Source: Syntrophales bacterium
Lineage (GTDB): Bacteria; Desulfobacterota; Syntrophia; Syntrophales; UBA6807
DNA: 64,000 nt
Direction: 5' to 3'
Assembly: GCA_040767195.1 (NCBI GenBank)
Contig: JAXGPA010000003.1
Coordinates: 64,001-128,000, forward strand
Below the pieces are notes generated by a model. That model ran no database searches. It saw only the letters and a program-made list of their open reading frames with translations, and had not been told where the DNA came from. The translations under genes were made by a program, and so were the position numbers. This document shows, one piece after another, positions 27,120-36,557 of the stretch (within the stretch, counting starts at the first letter, position 1; each line of letters opens with the position of its first letter).

Positions 27120-27932
27120 TTAAAACATGTACGAGGTGAATCGGCAATACTCCTGGAACCCCAGGGTGCGATACAGGCTGTCGGACCCTTCCAGGGCGTG
27201 AAGGACCCCGAGTCCGTAGCCCAGGGTTTTCGCGTCCTGAAGCGTCTTCGACACCATGGCTTTCCCGATCCCCCTGCCGCGGTATTCGGGCAGGACCGCC
27301 AGGTTGTAGACCCCCGCGGCCCCGGCTTCCATGAAAAGAGAGGCCGCCGCCACGGGCCGCCCTTCATGAAGGGCCACGTAATTCCGCAGGGGCGTGTCCC
27401 CCTCGAAGCCGAGGCCTTCATAGGCTTCCCTGAAAAAATCGGCCGCCCGGGGCGGGAGGGAGAAGACGGTGGAAAACGGTTGAAAGAATTGCCTCAAAAG
27501 GCCAGCGTCGGTGGCGTCTTCCACGGACACCCCCTCGGGAAAGGATGATAAACCTTCAAACAGGCTCAAGTCAACCGCCATGCCCACGGCGTCCGCGGCG
27601 ACTGTCAACCCGTGCCCTTGAAGATGACTTCCAATATCCTCGGGAGCCGATGAAGGGCCGACCCACCAGAGACCGGGAAGGCCCCTTTCCCGGAAAATCC
27701 GCAAGGCGTCTTCGATGGCCTCGTCGATTTCCCCGGGTGCCAGGCGGGCACTGAATATCCCGTTGCACAGGGGAAAAGGCACACCGCCCACGAACTGGAT
27801 CAGGTCTTTTCCCACGTAAATTTCCGCCTGGGGATGGGCTTCCAGGGCCATCCACGCTTCAACGAGGTTGTCTTCTATGATTTTAATGACTTGTAAGATT
27901 ACCTGGCCGACATAGGGATCCTGCTGTTCCAT
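27120..27932 (-). CDS. GNAT-family acetyltransferase
   Basis: GVYNLAVLPEYRGRGIG, LYRTLGF. Confidence 0.9.
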   Translation of the reverse strand: MEQQDPYVGQVILQVIKIIEDNLVEAWMALEAHPQAEIYVGKDLIQFVGGVPFPLCNGIFSARLAPGEIDEAIEDALRIFRERGLPGLWWVGPSSAPEDIGSHLQGHGLTVAADAVGMAVDLSLFEGLSSFPEGVSVEDATDAGLLRQFFQPFSTVFSLPPRAADFFREAYEGLGFEGDTPLRNYVALHEGRPVAAASLFMEAGAAGVYNLAVLPEYRGRGIGKAMVSKTLQDAKTLGYGLGVLHALEGSDSLYRTLGFQEYCRFTSYMF

Positions 27933-27953
27933 TTTGCTCCTTTCGAAACCCCT

Positions 27954-28685
27954 TCAGGTGTTTTCCGGGACCCTCTCATCCTGTTCCTTTGCGCCGGGAT
28001 TCCGTTCCGGCCTTTTTGTTTCAAGCCGTTGAACCCACAGGGGGTGTCTCTTCCGGGCATAATCCAACCGGACGGAACCGGTGAAGATACTTCGAACGAG
28101 GGGGCGGTTGGGTTTGAGGATCAGGGCCCCCAGGTGGGCCACAAAAGCCAGGATGAAGAGAATGAAAGCGGTGTTGTGAACCCAGGTGGCAATCATGACG
28201 AGAGGGGGTGACAACTGGGGATCGAACAGGTTCTTCCAGGTTTTCACGAGACCGGAAAGAATGAGCAGTCCGATAATGAAAGCCATTCCGGCGTAGGCGA
28301 GCCTCTGTTCGGGGAGGTACTTGTCGAAAGGCGGTTCCTCCCCCTTCCCGAAAAAGGAACGGATCACCTCCACGGAAGCCCGGAGGTCGCCCTTCCGGGG
28401 CATCATGCCGTCATGGCGGAGAAGTCCGTGATAAACGAGGTGAAACGCGCCCGCGGCGATGAAGACAATGGAGGCGGCGTAGTGAATCTTGAGGGACGTG
28501 ATGTAGTCTCCCGACCAGCCGAGGCCGGGAAGTTCTGTGATGAAATACCGCCTGGCGATGGGCAGTTCGAAAAGGCCCGTCAGAAGCAGGACGAGGCCCG
28601 AGAGAGCGATGGTCCAGTGCTCGACCCGTTCGAGGAGGCTGTGCCGGACGACGACGCCTTTTTTTTCCAGTATCCGATCCGTCAT
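27954..28685 (-). CDS. Cytochrome b subunit (FdnI/FdhC-like)
   Basis: RHSLLERVEHW, IHY, FHLVYH, KYLPEQR, WVHN, AHL, SIFTG...HPLW. Confidence 0.88.
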   Translation of the reverse strand: MTDRILEKKGVVVRHSLLERVEHWTIALSGLVLLLTGLFELPIARRYFITELPGLGWSGDYITSLKIHYAASIVFIAAGAFHLVYHGLLRHDGMMPRKGDLRASVEVIRSFFGKGEEPPFDKYLPEQRLAYAGMAFIIGLLILSGLVKTWKNLFDPQLSPPLVMIATWVHNTAFILFILAFVAHLGALILKPNRPLVRSIFTGSVRLDYARKRHPLWVQRLETKRPERNPGAKEQDERVPENT

Positions 28686-28688
28686 TTC

Positions 28689-29675
28689 TCAGTCCCCTCC
28701 CGATTTCCCGTCTTTTTCCAAGGCGGCGACGGCAACCCCCAGCCAGGCCGCGGCGGCGCCCGCCAGCGGCGACAGAAGAAGGGCTTTCCCGAGAGCTTCC
28801 GTTTCGGCCATCCGGGGCTTTACGGGACCGAGGTGAGGCTGGCCGGGTCCTTTTTGGATGGACTCGTTGAGACGGTCGAAGGGCACGGGGGAGAGGTAAA
28901 GGGTGCTTGTCCCGCCATTTTCCGTCTTTCCGTAAATGAAGGCGCCCGTTTCCGCGGCCCGTCTTTCGGCCTCCGTGAAAATGTCCTGCCGGGAACCGAA
29001 GGTCATGGCATCCCTGGGACAGGCGTCCACGCATCCCGGTCGCTCGTTTTTCGTGATCCGCTCGTAACAGAGGTCGCACTTGAAGAGGACACCGTTCCCC
29101 GCCAGGGTCGGGAGGATGTGCAGATAAATGCCGATCCCGGACTGACGCTGGGGGATGGCCCAGGGACAGAGATCCCGGCACTTGGCCCCGCCGAAACACA
29201 GATCGGGGTCGATGACCACGGCCCCGTTCCCGTATTTCTGGTTGGCCGAGAAAGGGCACAGGGTGGCGCAGGCGGGGTGATCGCAGTGCATGCACCTCCG
29301 GGGAATAAAAAGTTCCCGGGTTTCACCGTTTTCCGAAACCGACGCCTTCTGGACGTAAATCCGGTTGTAGGGCGTCAGGCGGTCGGAGACGTGTTTCCGC
29401 CCCGACCAGTCCTCGATCTTTCCGCGGGGAAAAAGCTTGGGAATGGGCTGCACCGGCTCGGGAACCCGGGACAGGTAGAGATCCCGGCAGGCGGAAACGC
29501 AAAGGGGCCTTTCGTATCCCCGGCAGCCGTCGCACCGGCTGATGTCGATGAGGGTGGCAAACCCACGGGGTTCCCCCGCTTCCGCGATTCGGGGAAGGCC
29601 CGCACCGGCCGCGAAGGCCACCCCTCCGGCCATTTTCAGGAACCCTCTTCGGCTTATTTTCGGGGATTCGGACAT
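28689..29675 (-). CDS. Tat-exported FdnH/HybA-type iron-sulfur subunit with C-terminal TM anchor
   Basis: ISRRGFLK; LIDISRCDGC, CMHCDHPACATLC, CFGGAKCRDLC, KCDLC..PGCVDAC, YGKTENGGT; SD GGAGG. Confidence 0.9.
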   Translation of the reverse strand: MSESPKISRRGFLKMAGGVAFAAGAGLPRIAEAGEPRGFATLIDISRCDGCRGYERPLCVSACRDLYLSRVPEPVQPIPKLFPRGKIEDWSGRKHVSDRLTPYNRIYVQKASVSENGETRELFIPRRCMHCDHPACATLCPFSANQKYGNGAVVIDPDLCFGGAKCRDLCPWAIPQRQSGIGIYLHILPTLAGNGVLFKCDLCYERITKNERPGCVDACPRDAMTFGSRQDIFTEAERRAAETGAFIYGKTENGGTSTLYLSPVPFDRLNESIQKGPGQPHLGPVKPRMAETEALGKALLLSPLAGAAAAWLGVAVAALEKDGKSGGD

Positions 29676-29701
29676 GAAGCCTCCTGAAAACGCGATGCGA
29701 T

Positions 29702-29878
29702 TCAATCTTCCCAGTCCCGGTTCTTCCGGGCCCGTTTTTCCATTTCCATCTCCTCGGCCAGCCGCTCTTTCTCTTTCATGCAGGCGCTGCAGCAGGGAAG
29801 GGTTCCACACTGCCCCTTGCAATCGGAGAAATCGATGCCTTCGAAAGGGACGGGTTTTCCGTTCTTTTTGTCACCCAT
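29702..29878 (-). CDS. Small Cys-rich protein (58 aa), below the ORF-track cutoff
   Basis: MGDKKNGKPVPFEGIDFSDCKGQCGTLPCCSACMKEKERLAEEMEMEKRARKNRDWED*; GAGG SD 7 nt upstream; co-oriented with the FeS/cyt b pair. Confidence 0.65.
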   Translation of the reverse strand: MGDKKNGKPVPFEGIDFSDCKGQCGTLPCCSACMKEKERLAEEMEMEKRARKNRDWED

Positions 29879-30088
29879 GGACCAGCCTCAAAAAATCAAC
29901 CCTCGATGTCTTTCTAATATATTTCTTATTTCCCGTCTGTCCAGTGCTTTTGACGGAAACTTCCTCAATGAAGGCGAAAACGGAAAAACTTTCCCGTCAG
30001 TCTTGTTTTCGTCTTGACATTCGTTGCTCATCTGGCCTTTGATGAGAGGAAAACGGGCAAAAAGGATTTCACCGGGAGAAGGAAGACC

Positions 30089-31639
30089 ATGGCATGGGAT
30101 GATTTGATAAAGAATCTTCAAAATAAGAGACAAAAAGCCCTGGGGCAGGGCGGACCGGAAAAAACAGCGATACAGAAAGGGAAGGGGAGGCTGACCGCCC
30201 GGGAGAGGATCGATCACCTGCTGGACCGGGATTCTTTTTTCGAATTCGGCCTCCTCGCCTGTTCCGACATGCCCGGGATGAAAGACAAAACCGCCGCCGA
30301 CGGCCTCATCACCGGTTACGGGATGATCGATGGCCGCCAGGTCGGCGTCGTCGCCAGCGACTTTACCGTTCTCGCCTCGACGAACGCTCGGGTCTACTCG
30401 AAAAAGGCGAAACACGCGAGGGAGCAATCCCGGGAGCTGGGCTTTCCCCTGGTCTGGCTGGCCGAGTCCGGCGGCGGCCGGCTTCCCGACATCCAGGGAA
30501 GCCTCGGCATGGCCTCTCTCAGCGGAGAGGGCGGGAACAGGACGTCCATCTATCCCCAGTACAGCAACGCCAGGACCAGCCCCTGGATTACGGCGGTCAT
30601 GGGACAGAGCAACGGCGTTCCCATGTGGCAGGCGTGCCTCTCCGATTTCGTCGTCCAGGTGAAAGGATCCACCCTGTCCGTTTCCGGTGTCCGGGCCCTG
30701 AAAAAGGCGATCGCCGCGACATACACCGATGAGGACATGGGCGGATGGCAGGTGCACGCTGAAATAACCGGCATGGCCGATCGGGTTGCCGAAGACGAGG
30801 AAGAGTGCTTCGGGCTGATACGGGAGTTTCTCGATTACATGCCGTCATCGAGCGGGGACCCTCCACCGGATCGTCCCGGTCCCGCAAAATCGGCGAAAGA
30901 AACGAAAGGCATCATGGACATTCTTCCGCAAAAGCGAACACGGTCCTATGACATGTACCGGGTTATCGAGGCGATTGTTGACGGCGGCACGTTTTTCGAC
31001 CTGAAGCCGCTCTTTGGAAGGGCGGTTATCACGGGCCTCGCCCGAATCGGCGGGCGGGTCGCCGGCATCGTGGCCAATCAGCCCCTCGTCAACGGGGGCG
31101 CCATGGGCATAGAAGCCCTGGAAAAGATGACCGCCTTTTTCTGCCTCTGTGACACGTTCAACATCCCCTTGATTTTCTTCCATGACACGCCGGGCTTTAT
31201 CACGGGAAAGGACGCGGAACACCGGAAAGTGGGGCTGAAGGTCACCGTGGCGCTGGAAGCCCTCGCCCAGGTCACGGTCCCCAAGATATCCGTCATCGTT
31301 CGAAAGTCCTACGGGCAGGCCATGTTAAACATGTGCGGGCCGACGGCCGGGCCGGATTTTATCGTGGCGTGGCCGACGGCGGAGGTCGGTTTCCTGGAAC
31401 CGGAGATCGCTGTCGACGTCGTTTACGGATCGACGGCCGAGTCGGAAAAGGCAGCCCTGGTGGAAAGGATGGTCGCTGAAGGGAACCCCTGGCCGCTGGC
31501 GGAGCAGTTTTACATCCAAGATGTCATCGATCCCCGGGACACCCGAAATTACTTGATATCCGTTCTTTCTTTGATAAAAAAATCAAAAACAGGGGGCAAG
31601 GGCAAGCACCTTCTGGCCAACTGGCCATCGCGATTTTAA
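30089..31639 (+). CDS. Acyl-CoA carboxylase/decarboxylase carboxyltransferase subunit
   Basis: GRLTARERIDHLLD, ADGLITGYG, ESGGGRL, CDTFNIPL..DTPGF, RKSYG. Confidence 0.93.
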   Translation: MAWDDLIKNLQNKRQKALGQGGPEKTAIQKGKGRLTARERIDHLLDRDSFFEFGLLACSDMPGMKDKTAADGLITGYGMIDGRQVGVVASDFTVLASTNARVYSKKAKHAREQSRELGFPLVWLAESGGGRLPDIQGSLGMASLSGEGGNRTSIYPQYSNARTSPWITAVMGQSNGVPMWQACLSDFVVQVKGSTLSVSGVRALKKAIAATYTDEDMGGWQVHAEITGMADRVAEDEEECFGLIREFLDYMPSSSGDPPPDRPGPAKSAKETKGIMDILPQKRTRSYDMYRVIEAIVDGGTFFDLKPLFGRAVITGLARIGGRVAGIVANQPLVNGGAMGIEALEKMTAFFCLCDTFNIPLIFFHDTPGFITGKDAEHRKVGLKVTVALEALAQVTVPKISVIVRKSYGQAMLNMCGPTAGPDFIVAWPTAEVGFLEPEIAVDVVYGSTAESEKAALVERMVAEGNPWPLAEQFYIQDVIDPRDTRNYLISVLSLIKKSKTGGKGKHLLANWPSRF

Positions 31640-31725
31640 AAAAGGGGAATCGGCGCCCGTTTACAGAAGACTGTAAAAGGAGGCGGATTGAGGGTTTAAG
31701 GCTTCACGGGTCAGCTCTTGAGGAT

Positions 31726-33462
31726 TCAAGTGGAGTACCCCGCCCTTTTTATGGAAACGTGTCCTTTAGCCGCGACCACCCGGGTCGAAGCCGCGGCCTC
31801 GAGGGCGACGGCCGCTTCATTTTTTTCACACACCGATTCGGGTTCCCAGGTCCATCCCCGGGCAAGCCGCTTTTCCTCGCTCTTCAGGGTCCGGTAAAGA
31901 TACCGCCCCGTAACGGGAGCGGCGATACGGGTCAAAAAACCGAAAGCATGGTAAAGATCCCGAAGGAGGACGTCCATCTTTTCCCGCATCCGGCGATCTT
32001 CGGCATACCATTTCCTCATGGCCCAGACCGCCCCGGCGTAAACGGTGCGAAGGGGCCGCACTTCCCAGGCGAAACGCTCCCGGATACGGCGGTTCGGGTG
32101 GTCCTTGTAGCGCTGCCATCCCTTGAGAAACGTCCGGATCAACCGGGCCAGGCTCGGGCCATTGACCACGAAATCCCGCCGAAAGGCATCGAGAAGGTAC
32201 TGTTCTTCCCGGCCGCCGTCGATGTGACGGTGACGATAATTGAAACGATACTGGCCATGCGTGTCCGCCGGAGGAAAAACATCTTCCGAATAGAGGGTGC
32301 CGGCTTTTCGATGTTCCTCGTAGAGAGGGGTTCCCGGAATGGGCGTGTAAAGCATGAACTGGTGAAAATCGGTGTCGTGACTGACGGCATAGTCGATGAC
32401 CCGGTCCATGTTTTCGGGCGTGTGGTTTTCGAGACCGATGATGGAAGAGCCGAGGACGCGGATTCCGTGAGATTGGAGCGTTCTCACCAGATCCACCGTG
32501 TCCACGTTTTTGAGTTTTTCGTAAGCGTTGTTCTCTCCTTCCAGGCCCATCCATACCCAGGAAATCCCGAGCCCTGCCAGTTCCTCCAGGGTGTATGAAC
32601 GGAGGACCCGGGCGGAGCTGAAGACGAAAAGGGCCCAGCTCTTGCCGTTTTCTTCCATGAGCTCGAGAAGCCGGAGGGCCCGCTTCCGGTGAAGGAGAAA
32701 ATTTTCATCCATGACGAAGAAGGATTTCACTTGCAGTTTTTTTTCCATGTTTTCCATGACTTCGAAGAGTTCATCGCCCGTTTCGTAAAAGTGAACGGCT
32801 TTTCCCTTCCCGCCGAAGAGGGCTGAAGTCGAACAGAAATTACACCCCACGGGACAGCCAACGGAAGGAATGAGCATGGCCGCCGTGTTTCCCGGCCTGA
32901 GGGGTAGGGTGACGCCAAAAACACGGGCGCCGAAGCCCGAATGAACCAGGGGGTGACGGATCGGGTCTTTTTCCTGCTGTCCGAGAAAGCGCCGAAACCA
33001 GCGGACGCCTTCGCCCCGGCAGATGTAGTCGACGTCAATCAGGTTTGAGAGGTCTTCCTTCCCCGCAATGTGACCGCCGACGACAATGGTTGCCCCGGGC
33101 TGATGTTTCCGGACAAGCCGGCACATTTCCCGGACCTTGCCGATGTTGGGGAGGATGGAACTGATGCCGACGATGTCGTAGGTGTTGTTCCGGATCTCCG
33201 ACGTGAAGCGGTCGAGGGAGGGAAAATCGAGAAGGGTGCACGGTGCGTCGATATTGGACTGGATCATCATGAGACCGAAGGAGCGATGGAACATGCGCAG
33301 CGAGAACCCGCCCTGAACCCGGGTGACCTGGTTGTGATAAAGTTCCATGGGATTGATGGTCCGGCTTCCGTATTCGTCGTCTCGGGCGTAAGGTCCGAAG
33401 ACACCGGACAGAAGCACCCGGGCCCGAAGGCCCCGGGGATGTACGGGAGGAAGAGAGGTCAT
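31726..33462 (-). CDS. B12-binding-domain radical SAM protein
   Basis: VVGGH, GEG, GCPVGCNFC, MDENF, GLE, TPIPGTPLY. Confidence 0.93.
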   Translation of the reverse strand: MTSLPPVHPRGLRARVLLSGVFGPYARDDEYGSRTINPMELYHNQVTRVQGGFSLRMFHRSFGLMMIQSNIDAPCTLLDFPSLDRFTSEIRNNTYDIVGISSILPNIGKVREMCRLVRKHQPGATIVVGGHIAGKEDLSNLIDVDYICRGEGVRWFRRFLGQQEKDPIRHPLVHSGFGARVFGVTLPLRPGNTAAMLIPSVGCPVGCNFCSTSALFGGKGKAVHFYETGDELFEVMENMEKKLQVKSFFVMDENFLLHRKRALRLLELMEENGKSWALFVFSSARVLRSYTLEELAGLGISWVWMGLEGENNAYEKLKNVDTVDLVRTLQSHGIRVLGSSIIGLENHTPENMDRVIDYAVSHDTDFHQFMLYTPIPGTPLYEEHRKAGTLYSEDVFPPADTHGQYRFNYRHRHIDGGREEQYLLDAFRRDFVVNGPSLARLIRTFLKGWQRYKDHPNRRIRERFAWEVRPLRTVYAGAVWAMRKWYAEDRRMREKMDVLLRDLYHAFGFLTRIAAPVTGRYLYRTLKSEEKRLARGWTWEPESVCEKNEAAVALEAAASTRVVAAKGHVSIKRAGYST

Positions 33463-33544
33463 GGGTTCTCCTTTTGGGACAGATTTTTTTGCGCGTGTTG
33501 CTTATAACCCCGGGAAGAAAGGAAAGACAGGCCCCTGGGAGGGG

Positions 33545-33562
33545 TTTTACATTTGTTTTACA
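33545..33562. promoter_or_regulatory. Tandem direct repeat, candidate OmpR/PhoB-type binding site
   Basis: TTTTACA at 33545 and 33556 (11-bp period), between the radical SAM gene and the HK-RR pair. Confidence 0.45.
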
Positions 33563-33632
33563 ATCAGGCCGGGGAAACGCGTCCCTTTACCCTTCCTGTT
33601 GACAGAAAACAGGCCCTGTTATAGGGACAGAT

Positions 33633-34595
33633 ATGATCGATCGAACGAAGTGGTTTTTTCACCCTGTCTTAATCTTCGTTTTTTCCGTCACCGCCCTGGC
33701 GGCATCCCTTTTTCTTTATATTTACTGGTACGTGGAAGCGAGTGCCGGTATCGCGGACATCGTCCGGCGATTCAATCTCGACAGGTCACAGATCATCACC
33801 GCCCAGACATGGCTGGTCATCCTGACCCTCTCCCTTCTCGTGGGCGTTATCCTGGCGGGCATCTTCATCATTTTCGTTTACAACCGAAAGCTGATACAGC
33901 TTTACCGAATGCAGTACAATTTCATAAACAATTTCACCCATGAGCTGAAAACACCCCTGACATCGATGAACCTTTATATCGAAACCTTTTTGCGTCACGA
34001 TCTCTCCAGAGAGGATCAGGTCCGCTATCTTCATTTCATGCTCCGGGACGTCAGGCGCCTCGAGGACGACGTCAGCCGCATACTGAACCTGGCCCGGATC
34101 GAAAGCGGCAGTTATGAAGACACCCTCGTCACCGCCGATCTCGTCGAAACGGTGAAGCATTTCTATGAACAGAACGGGCATCTCTTCCGGAACGGTGAAA
34201 TACGGATCAGCAACCCGTCGGGAAGATCCTTTCCCTTTCCCATAAGACCCTCCCTGTTTGACATGCTCCTGATGAACGTGACGACGAACGCCCTGAAATA
34301 CAACGACGGGGATGTTCCAAAACTGGACATTACGTTCGTCCCCGAAAACAAAAGGCTTCGTATCCGGTTCGAGGACAACGGCATCGGGCTGGAAAGAAAG
34401 CAGCTGAAAAAGATTTTCCGGAAATTTTATCAGGCCGGAAGCCCGGACAACATGACGGCCAGGGGAAGCGGGATCGGGCTGTATCTCGTCCGGCATATCG
34501 CCCGGATACACAGGGGGCGGATTGTCGCGGAAAGCGAGGGGCCGGGGAAGGGCTCCGTCTTCACCCTGACGCTGCCCTTGAAATCAACAGAATGA
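33633..34595 (+). CDS. Sensor histidine kinase
   Basis: Two TM helices, THELKTPL, NALKY, DNGIG, GSGIGL. Confidence 0.95.
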   Translation: MIDRTKWFFHPVLIFVFSVTALAASLFLYIYWYVEASAGIADIVRRFNLDRSQIITAQTWLVILTLSLLVGVILAGIFIIFVYNRKLIQLYRMQYNFINNFTHELKTPLTSMNLYIETFLRHDLSREDQVRYLHFMLRDVRRLEDDVSRILNLARIESGSYEDTLVTADLVETVKHFYEQNGHLFRNGEIRISNPSGRSFPFPIRPSLFDMLLMNVTTNALKYNDGDVPKLDITFVPENKRLRIRFEDNGIGLERKQLKKIFRKFYQAGSPDNMTARGSGIGLYLVRHIARIHRGRIVAESEGPGKGSVFTLTLPLKSTE

Positions 34596-34602
34596 GCGGG
34601 TT

Positions 34603-35334
34603 GTGAAGCAGACCGGGAAAAAAAGGATCCTCATCATCGAGGATGACCGGCACATCGCCGAAGGGATGAGGCTCAACCTGAACCTCCAGGGGTACGATGT
34701 GGATATAGCCCCAGACGGCCTTTCCGGGCTTGCCGGCTGGAAAGAGAAGAGGCCGGACCTGATCGTGCTGGACATCATGCTTCCCAAAATGGACGGGCTC
34801 ACGGTCCTCCAGAACATCCGCCTGGAAGACGAAAGGATTCCCGTCCTCATCGTTTCCGTCAAGGGCGCTCCAGGAGACAGGGTGAAAGGCCTGTCCTTCG
34901 GTGTGGACGATTACCTGACCAAACCTTTTCATCTCGATGAGTTCCTTCTCAGGGTCGAGCGGTTGCTGACCCGCGTGTCCTGGTACCGCCGGGAAGGAGA
35001 TCCCGGTGAGGGAACGGACAGGGAATTTCCCATGATCTACGCCTTCGGGGCGAATCGAATCGATTTCGGAAAAGGCAGGGCGCAAAGCCCGAGAGGGGAT
35101 ATCGCCCTGACGGAACAGGAGTTGAAACTTCTGAAGCTCTTCATCACCCACCGGGGGAAACCCCTTTCGAGGAAGAAACTTCTCGAGGTCGGCTGGGGAT
35201 ACTCGAAGGGCACGACAACGAGGACGGTGGATAATTTTCTGGTCCGATTCAGGAAATATTTCGAGGACAACCCTCATGAGCCGGTTTATTTCATAAGTAT
35301 CCGGTCGGTGGGGTATCTCTTCGACCACGATTGA
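34603..35334 (+). CDS. OmpR-family response regulator
   Basis: IIEDD, LDIMLP, DDYLTKPF, winged-helix RTVDNF, SIRSVGY. Confidence 0.95.
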   Translation: MKQTGKKRILIIEDDRHIAEGMRLNLNLQGYDVDIAPDGLSGLAGWKEKRPDLIVLDIMLPKMDGLTVLQNIRLEDERIPVLIVSVKGAPGDRVKGLSFGVDDYLTKPFHLDEFLLRVERLLTRVSWYRREGDPGEGTDREFPMIYAFGANRIDFGKGRAQSPRGDIALTEQELKLLKLFITHRGKPLSRKKLLEVGWGYSKGTTTRTVDNFLVRFRKYFEDNPHEPVYFISIRSVGYLFDHD

Positions 35335-35344
35335 ACAGGCAGGC

Positions 35345-35722
35345 GTGGAAAAATCCGTGACGGAGGCGAAGCGTCCCATGAAGGAACGTTTGAGGCAGAT
35401 TGCACGGCAGCGTAAAAAGGCCCACGGAAGGCTTCTGGATCTGGATTCCAAAGCGTACAAGGCCTTTCTGATCCTGGAAGAAAAGACCTTTTCCGACGGC
35501 CGTCTTCCCAAAAAGACGAAAGAGCTGATCGCCCTGGGCATATCCGTGGTCATCAACTGCGAGTCCTGCATGCAGTGGCACATCGAGCAGGCGGTCGCCG
35601 CGGGGGCGTCCGAGGGCGAAGTGCTCGAAGCCGTGGAAGTCGGCATCGAGATGGGGGGCGGTCCCGCCACCGTGTCGGCCCGGTTCGCCCTGGAAGTCAT
35701 GGAATCGGTGTTTTCAGGCTGA
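35345..35722 (+). CDS. Carboxymuconolactone decarboxylase/AhpD-like protein (alternative start 35378)
   Basis: KTKELIALGISVVINCESCMQWH, MGGGP. Confidence 0.9.
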   Translation: MEKSVTEAKRPMKERLRQIARQRKKAHGRLLDLDSKAYKAFLILEEKTFSDGRLPKKTKELIALGISVVINCESCMQWHIEQAVAAGASEGEVLEAVEVGIEMGGGPATVSARFALEVMESVFSG

Positions 35723-35961
35723 CTGGCGGGGCACCCTTCCGCATGTTATCGGGAACGGCCTTGCGATCTCATGAAGTTTCACCGGCCGAGGATATCCCCG
35801 ATTGCGGTTCGATTGTTCTTTGAAAAAAAAGATCGGAACGTTTAAAATACAAAAAGACGTCGTGCCGACGGTGTTGAAAGAAGTGGAGAAACGGTGATTT
35901 CGACAAGAATTTCAGGGGGCTTTCGGGTTCCTCTGACGAATCGATGAGGGAGGGCTTGTTC

Positions 35962-36528
35962 ATGAAACCCATAGGACCCTTGATGTGGGAACACAGGCTT
36001 ATCGAGCAGATGGTTCCCCTCATGAAAAAAGAAATAGAACAAATCGGAAAGAATCACATCGCTAACGTCTATTTCATCAGCATTGCCGTTGATTTTTTCA
36101 GGACCTACGCCGACCGGACCCACCACGGAAAGGAGGAGGACATCCTCTTTAGCGAACTGTCAAAGAAAAAGCTGGCGAAAGAGCACAAGAGGATCATGGA
36201 TGAACTCGTCGAGGAGCATCGCCTGGCGCGAGAGACGGTGAAGCGTCTTGTGGACGCCCGGGACCATTACCTGAAAGGGCAGGGATTCAATCTCGAGATC
36301 ATTAAAAAGACCATGACCGAGCTTGTCAATCTCTATCCGGAGCACATCCGGAAAGAGGACAAGGAATTCTTTTTTCCCGTCATGGAATATTTCACAGAAT
36401 CTGAACAGGAGGACATTCTTCGGAGATTCAGGGACTTCGACAGGCAGATGATCCACGAGAAATACGAGGGCATCATTTCCGATCTTGGCGGGAAGGTTTT
36501 AAAGAGGCCCCCGCTGAAAGGAGAGTGA
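35962..36528 (+). CDS. Hemerythrin HHE-domain protein
   Basis: LMWEHRLI, DRTHHGKEEDILF, EEH, HIRKED. Confidence 0.9.
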   Translation: MKPIGPLMWEHRLIEQMVPLMKKEIEQIGKNHIANVYFISIAVDFFRTYADRTHHGKEEDILFSELSKKKLAKEHKRIMDELVEEHRLARETVKRLVDARDHYLKGQGFNLEIIKKTMTELVNLYPEHIRKEDKEFFFPVMEYFTESEQEDILRRFRDFDRQMIHEKYEGIISDLGGKVLKRPPLKGE

Positions 36529-36557
36529 GGAGGAAACGCTCCCTTTCGGAGGCATCC

